NCBI GenBank assembly: GCA_963744145.1
Contig: CAVUSO010000001.1
Span: 2,112,001 to 2,176,000, forward strand
DNA from: an uncultured cyanobacterium
GTDB taxonomy: Bacteria; Cyanobacteriota; Cyanobacteriia; Cyanobacteriales; CAWUOF01
Length of the DNA: 64,000 nucleotides
Reading direction: 5' to 3'
The position numbers and the translations under genes are program-made. Every line of letters begins with the position of its first letter. The stretch's first letter is position 1. The notes below the pieces were generated by a model. It did not search any database and was not told the DNA's origin. It was given only the letters and a program-made list of their open reading frames with translations. This document shows, piece after piece, positions 1 through 8,360 of the stretch.

Positions 1-1373
1 GCACCATATAATAACTGATCGGGCTGAGATTTTAAGGCAGTTACGGCAAAATTAACTGTTTCAGGATTATTACCAATATTTACAGCAACAATAATTTCTT
101 CTGTTGCTAAAATCCGGGCAAAAACATAAACATTTGTTTCGGCAAAAAGTACCTGATAAGCACCCGTCCGAAGAGCAGGATATTGGTGACGTAGAGCGAT
201 TAATTTTTGATGATATGCCAAAACCTCCCTATTCCAATTAGATTCTAAGGGAAAACCACGCCGAGAATCCGGATCTAAACGACCTGGTAAACCAACTTCA
301 TCCCCATAGTAAATACTCGGAGCGCCGGGATAGGTTAATAATAATAATGTGGCTAAGTGAACACTACTTTGATCATCTTTAGCGATCGAAATTAGTCTTG
401 CTGTATCATGACTAGCTAATAAATTGAGTTGAGTTAGTTGAATTTCCCAAGGGTATAATTTCAGTAAATCTTCGATTTTTTTAGCATATTCATCAGCTAA
501 CAAAGCTGGATAAGGTTGATAAGCACGATCCTTGACTAAATCCATCTCCACCCGATCGCCCGTAGTAAAAGCAATTGTTGGTGCTGTAAATAAATAATTC
601 ATTACCCCATCAAATTGATGACCATCTAACCAGATCCGAGCATCAGTCCAAACTTCACCAACAATATAAGCTTCTGGATTAATTGCTTTGACGCGATCGC
701 GAAATTCTTGCCAAAATCCGGAAACTTTAATCTCATAAGGTACATCTAATCTCCAACCATCAATGCCGAATTGAATCCAATATTCGGCAATTTGCATGAG
801 ATATTCCCGCACTTCTGGATTATTATGATTAAATACGGGTAAAGCGCGATTACCTGCCCAACCTTGATAATTAGCAGGAAAATCACCATTATAGGCACAA
901 ATCGGCCATTGGTCAACTTTAAACCAATTGAGCCAAGGTGAATGAGGACCATTTTCTAGAATATCATGAAAACCGAAAAACCCACGACTAGCATGATTAA
1001 ACACACCATCCAGCACAACTTTAATTTGTCGTTGATGCGCTGCATCTAGTAATTCTTGAAAAGCCTGATTTCCGCCCAAAACGGGATCGACTTGATAATA
1101 ATCATGGGTATGATAACGATGATTACAAGCAGATTGAAAAATCGGTGTAAAATAAATTGCATTAATACCTAAACTTTGCAAATAATCTAATTTTTCAATT
1201 ACCCCCCATAAATCACCACCTTTATAACCTTGTAAAGTAGGAAGCGCATCCCAATCTTCCCAAGTAGCATTTTGTAGTAATCGCTGGTGTGATTTTTGAC
1301 TTTTGGCAAATCGATCTGGAAAAATTTGATAAAAAACCGCGTGTTTAACCCAATCTGGGGTATAAATTCCCAT
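1..1373 (-). CDS. GH13 alpha-amylase family glycosidase (neopullulanase/cyclomaltodextrinase-like); 3' end runs off the window
   Basis: Hand translation from ATG at 1373: MGIYTPDWVKHAVFYQIFPDRF...GGDLWGVIEKLDYLQSLGINAIYFTPIF...HRYHTHDYY...LDGVFNH...IDGWRLDV...YIVGEVW. These are the conserved GH13 regions. Probably absent from the ORF track because it has no stop in the window. Confidence 0.92.
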   Translation of the reverse strand, partial: MGIYTPDWVKHAVFYQIFPDRFAKSQKSHQRLLQNATWEDWDALPTLQGYKGGDLWGVIEKLDYLQSLGINAIYFTPIFQSACNHRYHTHDYYQVDPVLGGNQAFQELLDAAHQRQIKVVLDGVFNHASRGFFGFHDILENGPHSPWLNWFKVDQWPICAYNGDFPANYQGWAGNRALPVFNHNNPEVREYLMQIAEYWIQFGIDGWRLDVPYEIKVSGFWQEFRDRVKAINPEAYIVGEVWTDARIWLDGHQFDGVMNYLFTAPTIAFTTGDRVEMDLVKDRAYQPYPALLADEYAKKIEDLLKLYPWEIQLTQLNLLASHDTARLISIAKDDQSSVHLATLLLLTYPGAPSIYYGDEVGLPGRLDPDSRRGFPLESNWNREVLAYHQKLIALRHQYPALRTGAYQVLFAETNVYVFARILATEEIIVAVNIGNNPETVNFAVTALKSQPDQLLYG

Positions 1374-1435
1374 TCATCTAGCCTCCCAGGATACAACTTT
1401 TTCAGAAAATTAGGTCAATTTAATCCAATCCGGTT

Positions 1436-1540
1436 CTAGGAGCAAAGCATTCGGGCGATAATTAATCGCTTAAATCCGTTAATATTATATCCGAATGCTG
1501 ATGCCGTAGGCATCGCTACGCGAACGCCCTTCTTCTTCGA
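1436..1540 (-). repeat. REP-like hairpin element (GAAGGG.GAAGCATTCGG...CCGAATGCTT family) with a 25-bp insert at 1500-1524
   Basis: Inverted arms GCATTCGG/CCGAATGC; same family as 23241, 54253 and 61398. Confidence 0.75.
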
Positions 1541-1551
1541 TATCTCCTAAA

Positions 1552-2093
1552 AACGCCTTAACTGAATGTATTTTAATATCTAGTTGATCTGTTGGCTGCA
1601 TACATGGTGAGGGCAAAGCATTTCGGTAATATTATGCTTCCCTTCGACTACGCCCTTCGACTCCGCTCAGGGTAAACTCAGGGTAAACGTTTCAACCATC
1701 ATTTATGCGCCGAAATGCTTTGCCCCTACGGTTAACGCCTTAACTGAATGTATTTTAATATCTAGTTGATCTGTTGGCTGCATACATGGTGAGGGCAAAG
1801 CATTTCGGTAATATTATGCTTCCCTTCGACTACGCCCTTCGACTCCGCTCAGGGTAAACTCAGGGTAAACGTTTCAACCATCATTTATGCGCCGAAATGC
1901 TTTGCCCCTACGGTTAACGCCTTAACTGAATGTATTTTAATATCTAGTTGATCTGTTGGCTGCATACATGGTGAGGGCAAAGCATTTCGGTAATATTATG
2001 CTTCCCTTCGACTACGCCCTTCGACTCCGCTCAGGGTAAACTCAGGGTAAACGTTTCAGCCATCATTTATGCGCCGAAATGCTTTGCCCCTAC
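1552..2093. repeat. Three near-identical 182-bp tandem units, each a REP/MITE with a nested 2x24-bp insert
   Basis: Units start at 1552, 1734 and 1916. Each has GGGCAAAGCATTTCGG...CCGAAATGCTTTGCCC arms. One substitution seen in unit 3 (AACC>AGCC). Confidence 0.95.
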
Positions 2094-2142
2094 TTTCTAT
2101 ATCAGCTACCGCAGTAGGAGATATTTCAATCTGGTAAACCAT
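2092..2142 (-). pseudogene. N-terminal remnant of a RelE/ParE-type toxin
   Basis: ATG at 2142 overlaps the antitoxin end and reads MVYQIEISPTAVADIES, then runs into the REP arm GTAGGGGC. Confidence 0.6.
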
Positions 2143-2413
2143 ATTTTTCGTGGAGTTCTGCAAATGCTTGTTTTAGAGGTATCCCTTTTCCTTGCTCAAA
2201 TTCTGCCATACTTTTGCCGATACCCACAATCGACTCCAGTAACTCAATCCGATCGAGAAGTTGCTGGTAACCTTCAGCATCTTGAACAACAGCAGCAGCT
2301 TTACCATTAACAGTCAGAACTATTGGGGCTTTAGTTTCTTTAAGTCTTGTCAGGAAAGCTTTCGCACCCCGTTGGAACTCGGAGAGAGGATAGATGTCAC
2401 TCAAACTGAGCAT
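2126..2413 (-). CDS. Phd/YefM family antitoxin
   Basis: DIYPLSEFQR...PIVLTVNGKAAAVV Phd fold signature; 95 aa. Confidence 0.88.
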   Translation of the reverse strand: MLSLSDIYPLSEFQRGAKAFLTRLKETKAPIVLTVNGKAAAVVQDAEGYQQLLDRIELLESIVGIGKSMAEFEQGKGIPLKQAFAELHEKYGLPD

Positions 2414-2662
2414 AATATTTTCAAAAAATTATTTGATAATTTCATGCTAACAGTTGGCAATTGTTTTGTCTATGGTGCGATCGCGAAGCGTTGCGGCTCT
2501 TGGGATCGTTTGTTTGTGGGGTAGCCCGCTTGGGAGAATTTGGCAGGGTGATTGCTGCGATCGGAGAATTATCATTCCTAAATGGCGATTTAATCACAGA
2601 ATTGAACCCAATACAGTGACACTATAACTATAATAGAATCAATTCCTCTCCTCTCAAACACC

Positions 2663-2920
2663 ATGCAAATTATTTTGCCACCTGAAGCCGAAGCCCTCGT
2701 ACAGCGTCAACTTATGAGTGGCAAATATCAAAGCGCGATCGAAGTTATCCTCGCGGGTATTCAACTACTCGAACAGCCAGAAGATATTTATCAGGGACGA
2801 CTCTCTGAACTCCAACGAGATGCAATGCTTGGCTGGGAAGCATCCCAACGCGGTCAAGTTGTAGATGGTCCGACAGCTATAGAACAAATTCGTACTAATC
2901 TACGATCGGACAAGATGTAG
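2663..2920 (+). CDS. ParD-like (CC2985 family) ribbon-helix-helix antitoxin
   Basis: MQIILPPEAEALVQRQLMSGKYQSAIEVILAGIQLL pattern; 85 aa. Confidence 0.82.
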   Translation: MQIILPPEAEALVQRQLMSGKYQSAIEVILAGIQLLEQPEDIYQGRLSELQRDAMLGWEASQRGQVVDGPTAIEQIRTNLRSDKM

Positions 2921-2962
2921 AATCGAGATTTATCAACTCTGTTCACAGATGAAGAAATTTAA
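2903..2962 (+). pseudogene. C-terminal remnant of a ParE-type toxin
   Basis: IGQDVE (2905-2922) and RDLSTLFTDEEI* (2924-2962) resemble the ParE C-terminus. Confidence 0.5.
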
Positions 2963-2986
2963 TCAAAAATAAAATCTCGATCAGCA

Positions 2987-3008
2987 GGGGCGTATCAACC
3001 TACGCCCC
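2987..3008. terminator. GC hairpin between convergent genes
   Basis: GGGGCGTA-6 nt-TACGCCCC. Confidence 0.45.
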
Positions 3009-3018
3009 AAATTTTTAG

Positions 3019-3390
3019 TTATAAAGAATCTAGATCAAGCGATCGCGATCCACCTTTTTCTAACTGATTTAACAGTTTACCTAACTGCACCCAAACTAAC
3101 CCAGCAATCAGCACCGTTAGTGGTAAAGAAAGCTGGTAGGACATAGTTTTCGGAAACCCAAAAACCTCTAATCCAGCCGATAAAAATAAACCAATTCCGA
3201 TCGTAATCCCCAAAAAAGGAATTCCTAATAACGTCCCTTGGATATTAGATAGAGAATGGGTAGAACGGTTTTTTGACCACTCATGTACCTGTTGTTTGAG
3301 ACTTGATTGAAATGCTAACCCTGATGTTAAAGCAATTAGCAGCCCAGCTAACAGTAAAACATAGGGAGGGTCAGGAAAATAATAGTACAA
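3019..3390 (-). CDS. Conserved cyanobacterial membrane hypothetical protein
   Basis: 123 aa, about 3 hydrophobic segments, YYFPDPPY N-terminus and GGSRSLDLD C-terminus. Confidence 0.7.
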   Translation of the reverse strand: MYYYFPDPPYVLLLAGLLIALTSGLAFQSSLKQQVHEWSKNRSTHSLSNIQGTLLGIPFLGITIGIGLFLSAGLEVFGFPKTMSYQLSLPLTVLIAGLVWVQLGKLLNQLEKGGSRSLDLDSL

Positions 3391-3426
3391 GTAGGCACTC
3401 CTTACATCAGATTAACTACACTAAAT

Positions 3427-5178
3427 TCACTTCTGATTAAACGCTGTAAAAGCAACTGTTGGCAATACCGTAGCTGCTCCCTCCGTCGAAAATCCAGCTA
3501 ACGCACCTAAAGCCGCATTCCACCAACGAGATGGTTGTAAATCATCTTTAACTAAGTCCCATAAACGACGAACTTCTTCTGTGTGAAGACGATCATCTTC
3601 AATCAATGCAAGTAACAATTGTTTGCGGAGAAATGCTCCTTCATCAGAAAGTAAATATTGTAACCCCATCCCCGCAGTTGGTAGTAGATCAAATTTAGTA
3701 TCTGAACGGGCGATCGCGATCATATTTTCCAGTCTTTCCCACTGAAATTTACCATTTTTAAACAATACATTAATTAGGCGTCGGCGCAACTCGGGCGATT
3801 CTCCCATCAGTAAACGTCTGGCTACATAAGGATAGGCAACTTCGACAATTTTGAAGTCCGGATTTATGCTTAAGGCTAATCCTTCCTGTGTCACTAAAGA
3901 GCGAATAATTAAAGCAAACTTCGCGGGTACACGGAAAGGATAATCATACATTAACTCACTAAAGCGATCGGTAATAGTTTTGAAGTTAAAATCCCGGACT
4001 TTTTCGCCGATAATATCCCCCAATACGGATTCTAAAGCTGGCACAATCGGCAGAATATCGGTTTCTGGGGTCAGAAAACCTAATTTCACAAAGTCTTCAG
4101 CTAAATCTAGATAGTCTTTATTGATCAGATGTACTACGGCATCTACTAAATTTTCTTTAGTAGTTTCCTCCAATTGATCCATCATCCCAAAATCAATATA
4201 AGCCATTCTCCCACTGTGGATCAAATGACCAGAATTTGCTTCACCCTCAACCGTACATTGAGGTGGAAGAGCAAAAAGATTACCTGGATGGGGGTCAGCA
4301 TGGAAAAATCCGTATTCTAACAGTTGCTGTAATCCCGAAGTTACACCGATCCGAATCAGTGCATCTGGATCTAACCCCGCTTGGGCAAGTTTGTGAGCGT
4401 CAGTCAGTTTAAATCCATGAATCCATTCTAGAGTCAGAACGCGGTTACTACTATAACGCCAGTAGATCCTCGGTACTTTGATATTAGGCTCATTGCGGAA
4501 ATTGGCGGCAAATTTTTCGGCGTTACGACCTTCATTGTGATAATCTATTTCTTCAAATAGTTTGATGCCAAATTCATCGACAATCAAACTTAAATCATGC
4601 CCAAGATTTAAGGGTAGCCAGGGAGCCATCCAACTAGCAGCCCAGCGCATGAGATATAAGTCTAAAGTTAGTGTGGGTAGTAAATTAGGACGTTGAACTT
4701 TGACCGCTACTTCTTCACCACTGTGCAGACGAGCTTGATAAACTTGTCCCAAACTAGCCGCAGCAACGGGAATGGGGGAAATTTGCTGATAAATCTCTTC
4801 AATGGTTCGCTCTAGTTCAGTTTCGATCAACTCCAGTGCGATCGCATTATCAAAGGGCGGAAGTTGGTCTTGTAACTTCACTAACTCTTCTAAATAGTCT
4901 TTGTGAATTAAATCCGGTCTGGTGGACAAAGCTTGACCAACTTTGATAAAAGTAGGGCCAAGGTCTGTCAAAATATGCCGGAGCTGCTCGGCTCGCTGAG
5001 ATTTATGTTCCCCCGCTTGATGTTGCCATTGATCCCAGAGGAAACCCAGCATAAATCCCGCAAAATTCCAAAAAATGCTTAACATTCGCCAGAAAGCTTG
5101 CCAAGGACGACGACGATAATAGCGGGCGATCGCTTCTGGATCGTAACGCTTCATCTGAGCGAGTGGATGCTGACTCAC
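3427..5178 (-). CDS. AarF/ABC1/UbiB atypical kinase
   Basis: LGPTFIKVGQALSTRPD, AAASLGQVY, VAVKVQRP, FFHADPHPGN, IDFGMM. Confidence 0.95.
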   Translation of the reverse strand: MSQHPLAQMKRYDPEAIARYYRRRPWQAFWRMLSIFWNFAGFMLGFLWDQWQHQAGEHKSQRAEQLRHILTDLGPTFIKVGQALSTRPDLIHKDYLEELVKLQDQLPPFDNAIALELIETELERTIEEIYQQISPIPVAAASLGQVYQARLHSGEEVAVKVQRPNLLPTLTLDLYLMRWAASWMAPWLPLNLGHDLSLIVDEFGIKLFEEIDYHNEGRNAEKFAANFRNEPNIKVPRIYWRYSSNRVLTLEWIHGFKLTDAHKLAQAGLDPDALIRIGVTSGLQQLLEYGFFHADPHPGNLFALPPQCTVEGEANSGHLIHSGRMAYIDFGMMDQLEETTKENLVDAVVHLINKDYLDLAEDFVKLGFLTPETDILPIVPALESVLGDIIGEKVRDFNFKTITDRFSELMYDYPFRVPAKFALIIRSLVTQEGLALSINPDFKIVEVAYPYVARRLLMGESPELRRRLINVLFKNGKFQWERLENMIAIARSDTKFDLLPTAGMGLQYLLSDEGAFLRKQLLLALIEDDRLHTEEVRRLWDLVKDDLQPSRWWNAALGALAGFSTEGAATVLPTVAFTAFNQK

Positions 5179-5363
5179 GCTTTCAGTGCCTCTAAAAGTA
5201 ATTTTTTTGAACTTATTTAAACATTACCCGTTTAGCTAGGCTAACGAGTTAAATTAACTGTTTATATTTTTTGATCAGTTTACAAAACTATATACTATTT
5301 AGCACCTACTTTTGCCCTAATTTAACAATCTTTTCCGTAAAAATGCCTATTCCCTCAATTAAC

Positions 5364-5491
5364 CTATTTAATTCTGGGAAAGATTGTGGGACAGACATCT
5401 TGTCTGTCCAATAAACTATTTAATTCTGGGAAAAATTGTGGGACAGACATCTTGTCTGTCCAATAAACTATTTAATTCTGGGAAAAATTGT
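5364..5491. repeat. 52-bp tandem repeat (~2.5 copies) carrying palindrome GGACAGACATCTTGTCTGTCC
   Basis: Units at 5364, 5416 and 5468; related palindromes near 7439, 7482, 54988 and 56727. Confidence 0.9.
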
Positions 5492-5514
5492 TGGACTGAT
5501 GGTAGGAGAAACCC

Positions 5515-6702
5515 CTAATTCTCCGAGAGGAATAATAAAGAATCTTTTAAGCCATACACAATTTGCTCTTGTTCAGTTACCGACAGTTCGGGAAACATTG
5601 GTAAAGACAAAACCTCGTGGGATATTTGTTCAGCGATCGGGAATTGACCCGGTTGATAGCCCAAATTTTGGTAAACTGACTGTAAATGGAGTGGAATTGG
5701 ATAGTAGACCATCGAATTAATTCCCCGTTTTTGCAACTGGACTTGGATCGAGTCTCTTAGTCTAATCGGGGATAGGGCATCTTGACTTTTCAGGCGAATT
5801 GTGTATTGATTCCAGACAGCTTGACCTCCGACTGGTTCTTGGGGCAGAATTATTCCTGGAACGGGATTAAGTAATTGATGATAACGGGTAGCGATCGCGC
5901 GACGTGCATCATTCCACAGATCTAGGTAACGTAACTTAATTTGCAGAATTGCAGCTTGGAGAGAATCCAAGCGACTATTGATACCAGTTTCTTCATGATA
6001 ATAACGCTGACGACTACCATGTTCCTTCAACATTCGCATTTTCGCCGCGAGGGTAGAATCGGATGTAGTGCAAGCTCCTCCATCACCACAAGCACCGAGA
6101 TTTTTGGTGGGGAAAAAACTAAAACAACCAATATCACCCATACTACCCACTTTTTGACCAGCCCACTCCGCCCCAATTGCTTGGGCACAATCTTCAATGA
6201 CAGGGATACCGCGATCGCGAGCAATGGACATTAAACTCGTCATTTCGACGGGATGTCCAAACAAATGGACTGGAATGATTGCCCGAGTTTTAGGGGTAAT
6301 AGCTGCGGCTAATTGATTGACATTTATATTAAAAGTTTGGGGGTAAATATCCACAAAAACTGGTGTAGCCCCAGTAATGCTAATTACCTCAGCTGTAGCA
6401 ATAAAGGTAAAAGGTGTGGTGATCACCTCATCTCCAGGACCAATATTCAGAGCGCGTAAAGCCAGGTATAAGGCATCAGTACCAGAATTACAGGTTATAC
6501 ATTGAGAAACACCAATGTAACTAGCTAACTGTTGCTCAAAGTCTTGGACTACGGGACCACCAATATAGCGTCCAGAGGACAAAACTTTTAACACCGCAGC
6601 ATTAACCTCTTCACCAATTATTGCGTACTGCCTGGTTAAGTCAAGGGTTGGTATGTTATTCACTCGCGCTACACCATAATTTTGCATTATCCATAACATC
6701 AA
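5515..6702 (-). CDS. DegT/DnrJ/EryC1/StrS PLP-dependent aminotransferase (start probably GTG near 6663)
   Basis: NSGTDAL, IEDCAQA, FSFFPTKNLGACGDGG, NSRLDSLQAAIL. Confidence 0.93.
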   Translation of the reverse strand: MMLWIMQNYGVARVNNIPTLDLTRQYAIIGEEVNAAVLKVLSSGRYIGGPVVQDFEQQLASYIGVSQCITCNSGTDALYLALRALNIGPGDEVITTPFTFIATAEVISITGATPVFVDIYPQTFNINVNQLAAAITPKTRAIIPVHLFGHPVEMTSLMSIARDRGIPVIEDCAQAIGAEWAGQKVGSMGDIGCFSFFPTKNLGACGDGGACTTSDSTLAAKMRMLKEHGSRQRYYHEETGINSRLDSLQAAILQIKLRYLDLWNDARRAIATRYHQLLNPVPGIILPQEPVGGQAVWNQYTIRLKSQDALSPIRLRDSIQVQLQKRGINSMVYYPIPLHLQSVYQNLGYQPGQFPIAEQISHEVLSLPMFPELSVTEQEQIVYGLKDSLLFLSEN

Positions 6703-6779
6703 ATTTCGTTCAGAATGGAAACTAGGGTGGCTAGTGCTATGTCAAAATTGAACCAGCTACCCAGAAAAGTCCTGCAAGT

Positions 6780-7418
6780 ATGAGCGTTACTGTTTCCATT
6801 CAAGCTATTGTCCTTACCCCAGGTAGTCATATTACTATCCCTAATCTCTCTTGGCAAGATTTTGAAAGTATCCTGGCTGATTTAGGAGAAAAACGCAATA
6901 CCCGTTTCGCTTATTATCAAGGTATTCTGGAAATTATGTCCCCGTTAGCATTACATGAACGTCCTCATCGAATTATTGGGGATATTGTCAAAACTCTGCT
7001 TGATCTCCAAGGACGTAATTGGGAAGATTTTGGCTCTACCACTCTCAAACGTCCCCAAATTGCTGGGATTGAACCTGATACCTGTTTCTATATTCAGAAT
7101 GCTGACCGGATGCAAGGTTGTACCAATCTTAATTTAGCAGACTACCCACCTCCGGATTTGGCGATCGAGTGTGATGTGACCTCAAAAACAACTTTAGGTG
7201 CTTATACTGAGCTGGGAGTTCCTGAACTATGGATTTATAGTGATCGTCAACTAAAAATTTACCTTCTTGATAATGATAACTATCATGAATCTCTGATCGG
7301 TTTAAGTTTTCCTGATCTTCCCTTAACTACCATGATTCCCCAGCTAGTTGAACAAGCGATTAATCTGGGAACTAGTCAAATGCTGCGGGGTTTAAAAAAT
7401 CAATTTCGCTCGGAATAG
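6780..7418 (+). CDS. Uma2 (DUF820) family endonuclease-like protein
   Basis: SWQDFE, LEIMSP, EPDTCFY, PPDLAIECD, LGVPELW. Confidence 0.92.
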   Translation: MSVTVSIQAIVLTPGSHITIPNLSWQDFESILADLGEKRNTRFAYYQGILEIMSPLALHERPHRIIGDIVKTLLDLQGRNWEDFGSTTLKRPQIAGIEPDTCFYIQNADRMQGCTNLNLADYPPPDLAIECDVTSKTTLGAYTELGVPELWIYSDRQLKIYLLDNDNYHESLIGLSFPDLPLTTMIPQLVEQAINLGTSQMLRGLKNQFRSE

Positions 7419-7540
7419 ACCTCTTGCAAAAATAAATAGGACAGGCAAGATGCCTGTCCCACCAGAATCAATAACTTTTGTGGGACAGGCATCTTGCCTG
7501 TCAATAACATAGATCAATAAGGACTTTTGCAAGAGGTCTA
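7416..7540. mobile_element. 125-bp MITE with 16-bp terminal inverted repeats
   Basis: TAGACCTCTTGCAAAA (7416-7431) and TTTTGCAAGAGGTCTA (7525-7540), TA at both ends, internal GGACAGGCA palindromes. Confidence 0.85.
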
Positions 7541-7572
7541 ATGAATCGCAGTTTTCCTTACTCCAAAAAACA

Positions 7573-8349
7573 GTGAATGTTATTCAATTAGATATTACTC
7601 AATTATTAATCGCCGCAGGATTGATGCTGATGGCGATCGCGCTTTCGGCTTGGGAAAAGCTAGGATTAGAATGGAATTTGGCACTTGCTACTGGTCGAAC
7701 GATCATTCAACTTTTAGTGGTCGGGTATGTTCTCGAAATAGTTTTTGCTTTCAAAAATCCTTGGGCAGTGTTAACTATTTTGGTAATAATGTTAACGATC
7801 GCTACTCTAGTTACTCGGAATCGGATTGGCAAAAAGATACCGAGGTCGTTACCATTAGTATGGGGTGCAATTTTTGTCAGTACAGCCATCACTTTGAGTT
7901 ATACTATTTTCCTAGTAATTCGACCAGAAATTTGGTATGAACCAAAATATATTGTGCCCTTAGCTGGAATAGTTTTGGGTAATGCAATGAATTCAGCTGC
8001 GATCGCTGGAGAACGTCTGGTGAGTACAATTTGTTCTAGTTATCTAGAAATTGAAACTCATTTAAGTTTAGGTGCTACCCCACAACAATCGATTACCCAA
8101 TATCGTCAAGAAGCGATCAAAGCTGGACTGATTCCCATTCTGAATCAAATGATGGTGGTGGGTGTAGTCACCTTACCAGGAACCATTACTGGACAATTAC
8201 TGGGGGATGTGAGTCCTCTGAATGCCGCAGCTTATCAAATGCTGATCATGTTTATGTTAGCTTTTACAAGCTTAGTTGCTACTGTCATCCTGACTCACGG
8301 TCTTTATCGACAGTTTTTTAATTCCGCAGCTCAATTGCTCAGATATTAG
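7573..8349 (+). CDS. fetB: Iron-export ABC permease FetB (UPF0014/YbbM)
   Basis: RTIIQL, GIVLGNAMN, LSLGATP, VGVVTLPG.ITGQLLG..SPL.AA.YQ. Confidence 0.88.
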   Translation: MNVIQLDITQLLIAAGLMLMAIALSAWEKLGLEWNLALATGRTIIQLLVVGYVLEIVFAFKNPWAVLTILVIMLTIATLVTRNRIGKKIPRSLPLVWGAIFVSTAITLSYTIFLVIRPEIWYEPKYIVPLAGIVLGNAMNSAAIAGERLVSTICSSYLEIETHLSLGATPQQSITQYRQEAIKAGLIPILNQMMVVGVVTLPGTITGQLLGDVSPLNAAAYQMLIMFMLAFTSLVATVILTHGLYRQFFNSAAQLLRY

Positions 8350-8360
8350 TTCCCTAGCAC

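Noticed and set aside
746..1396. Short ORFs 746-952 and 1199-1396 as genes or as a broken glycosidase
   Set aside because: They are alternative frames over the continuous GH13 reading frame starting at 1373
1552..2093. Possible CRISPR array
   Set aside because: Whole 182-bp units are identical with no unique spacers, and no cas genes are present
2477..2512. Possible mini-element inserted in a HIP1 site (GCGAAGCGTTGCGGCTCTTGGGATCG)
   Set aside because: Degenerate, with no second copy or empty site in the window
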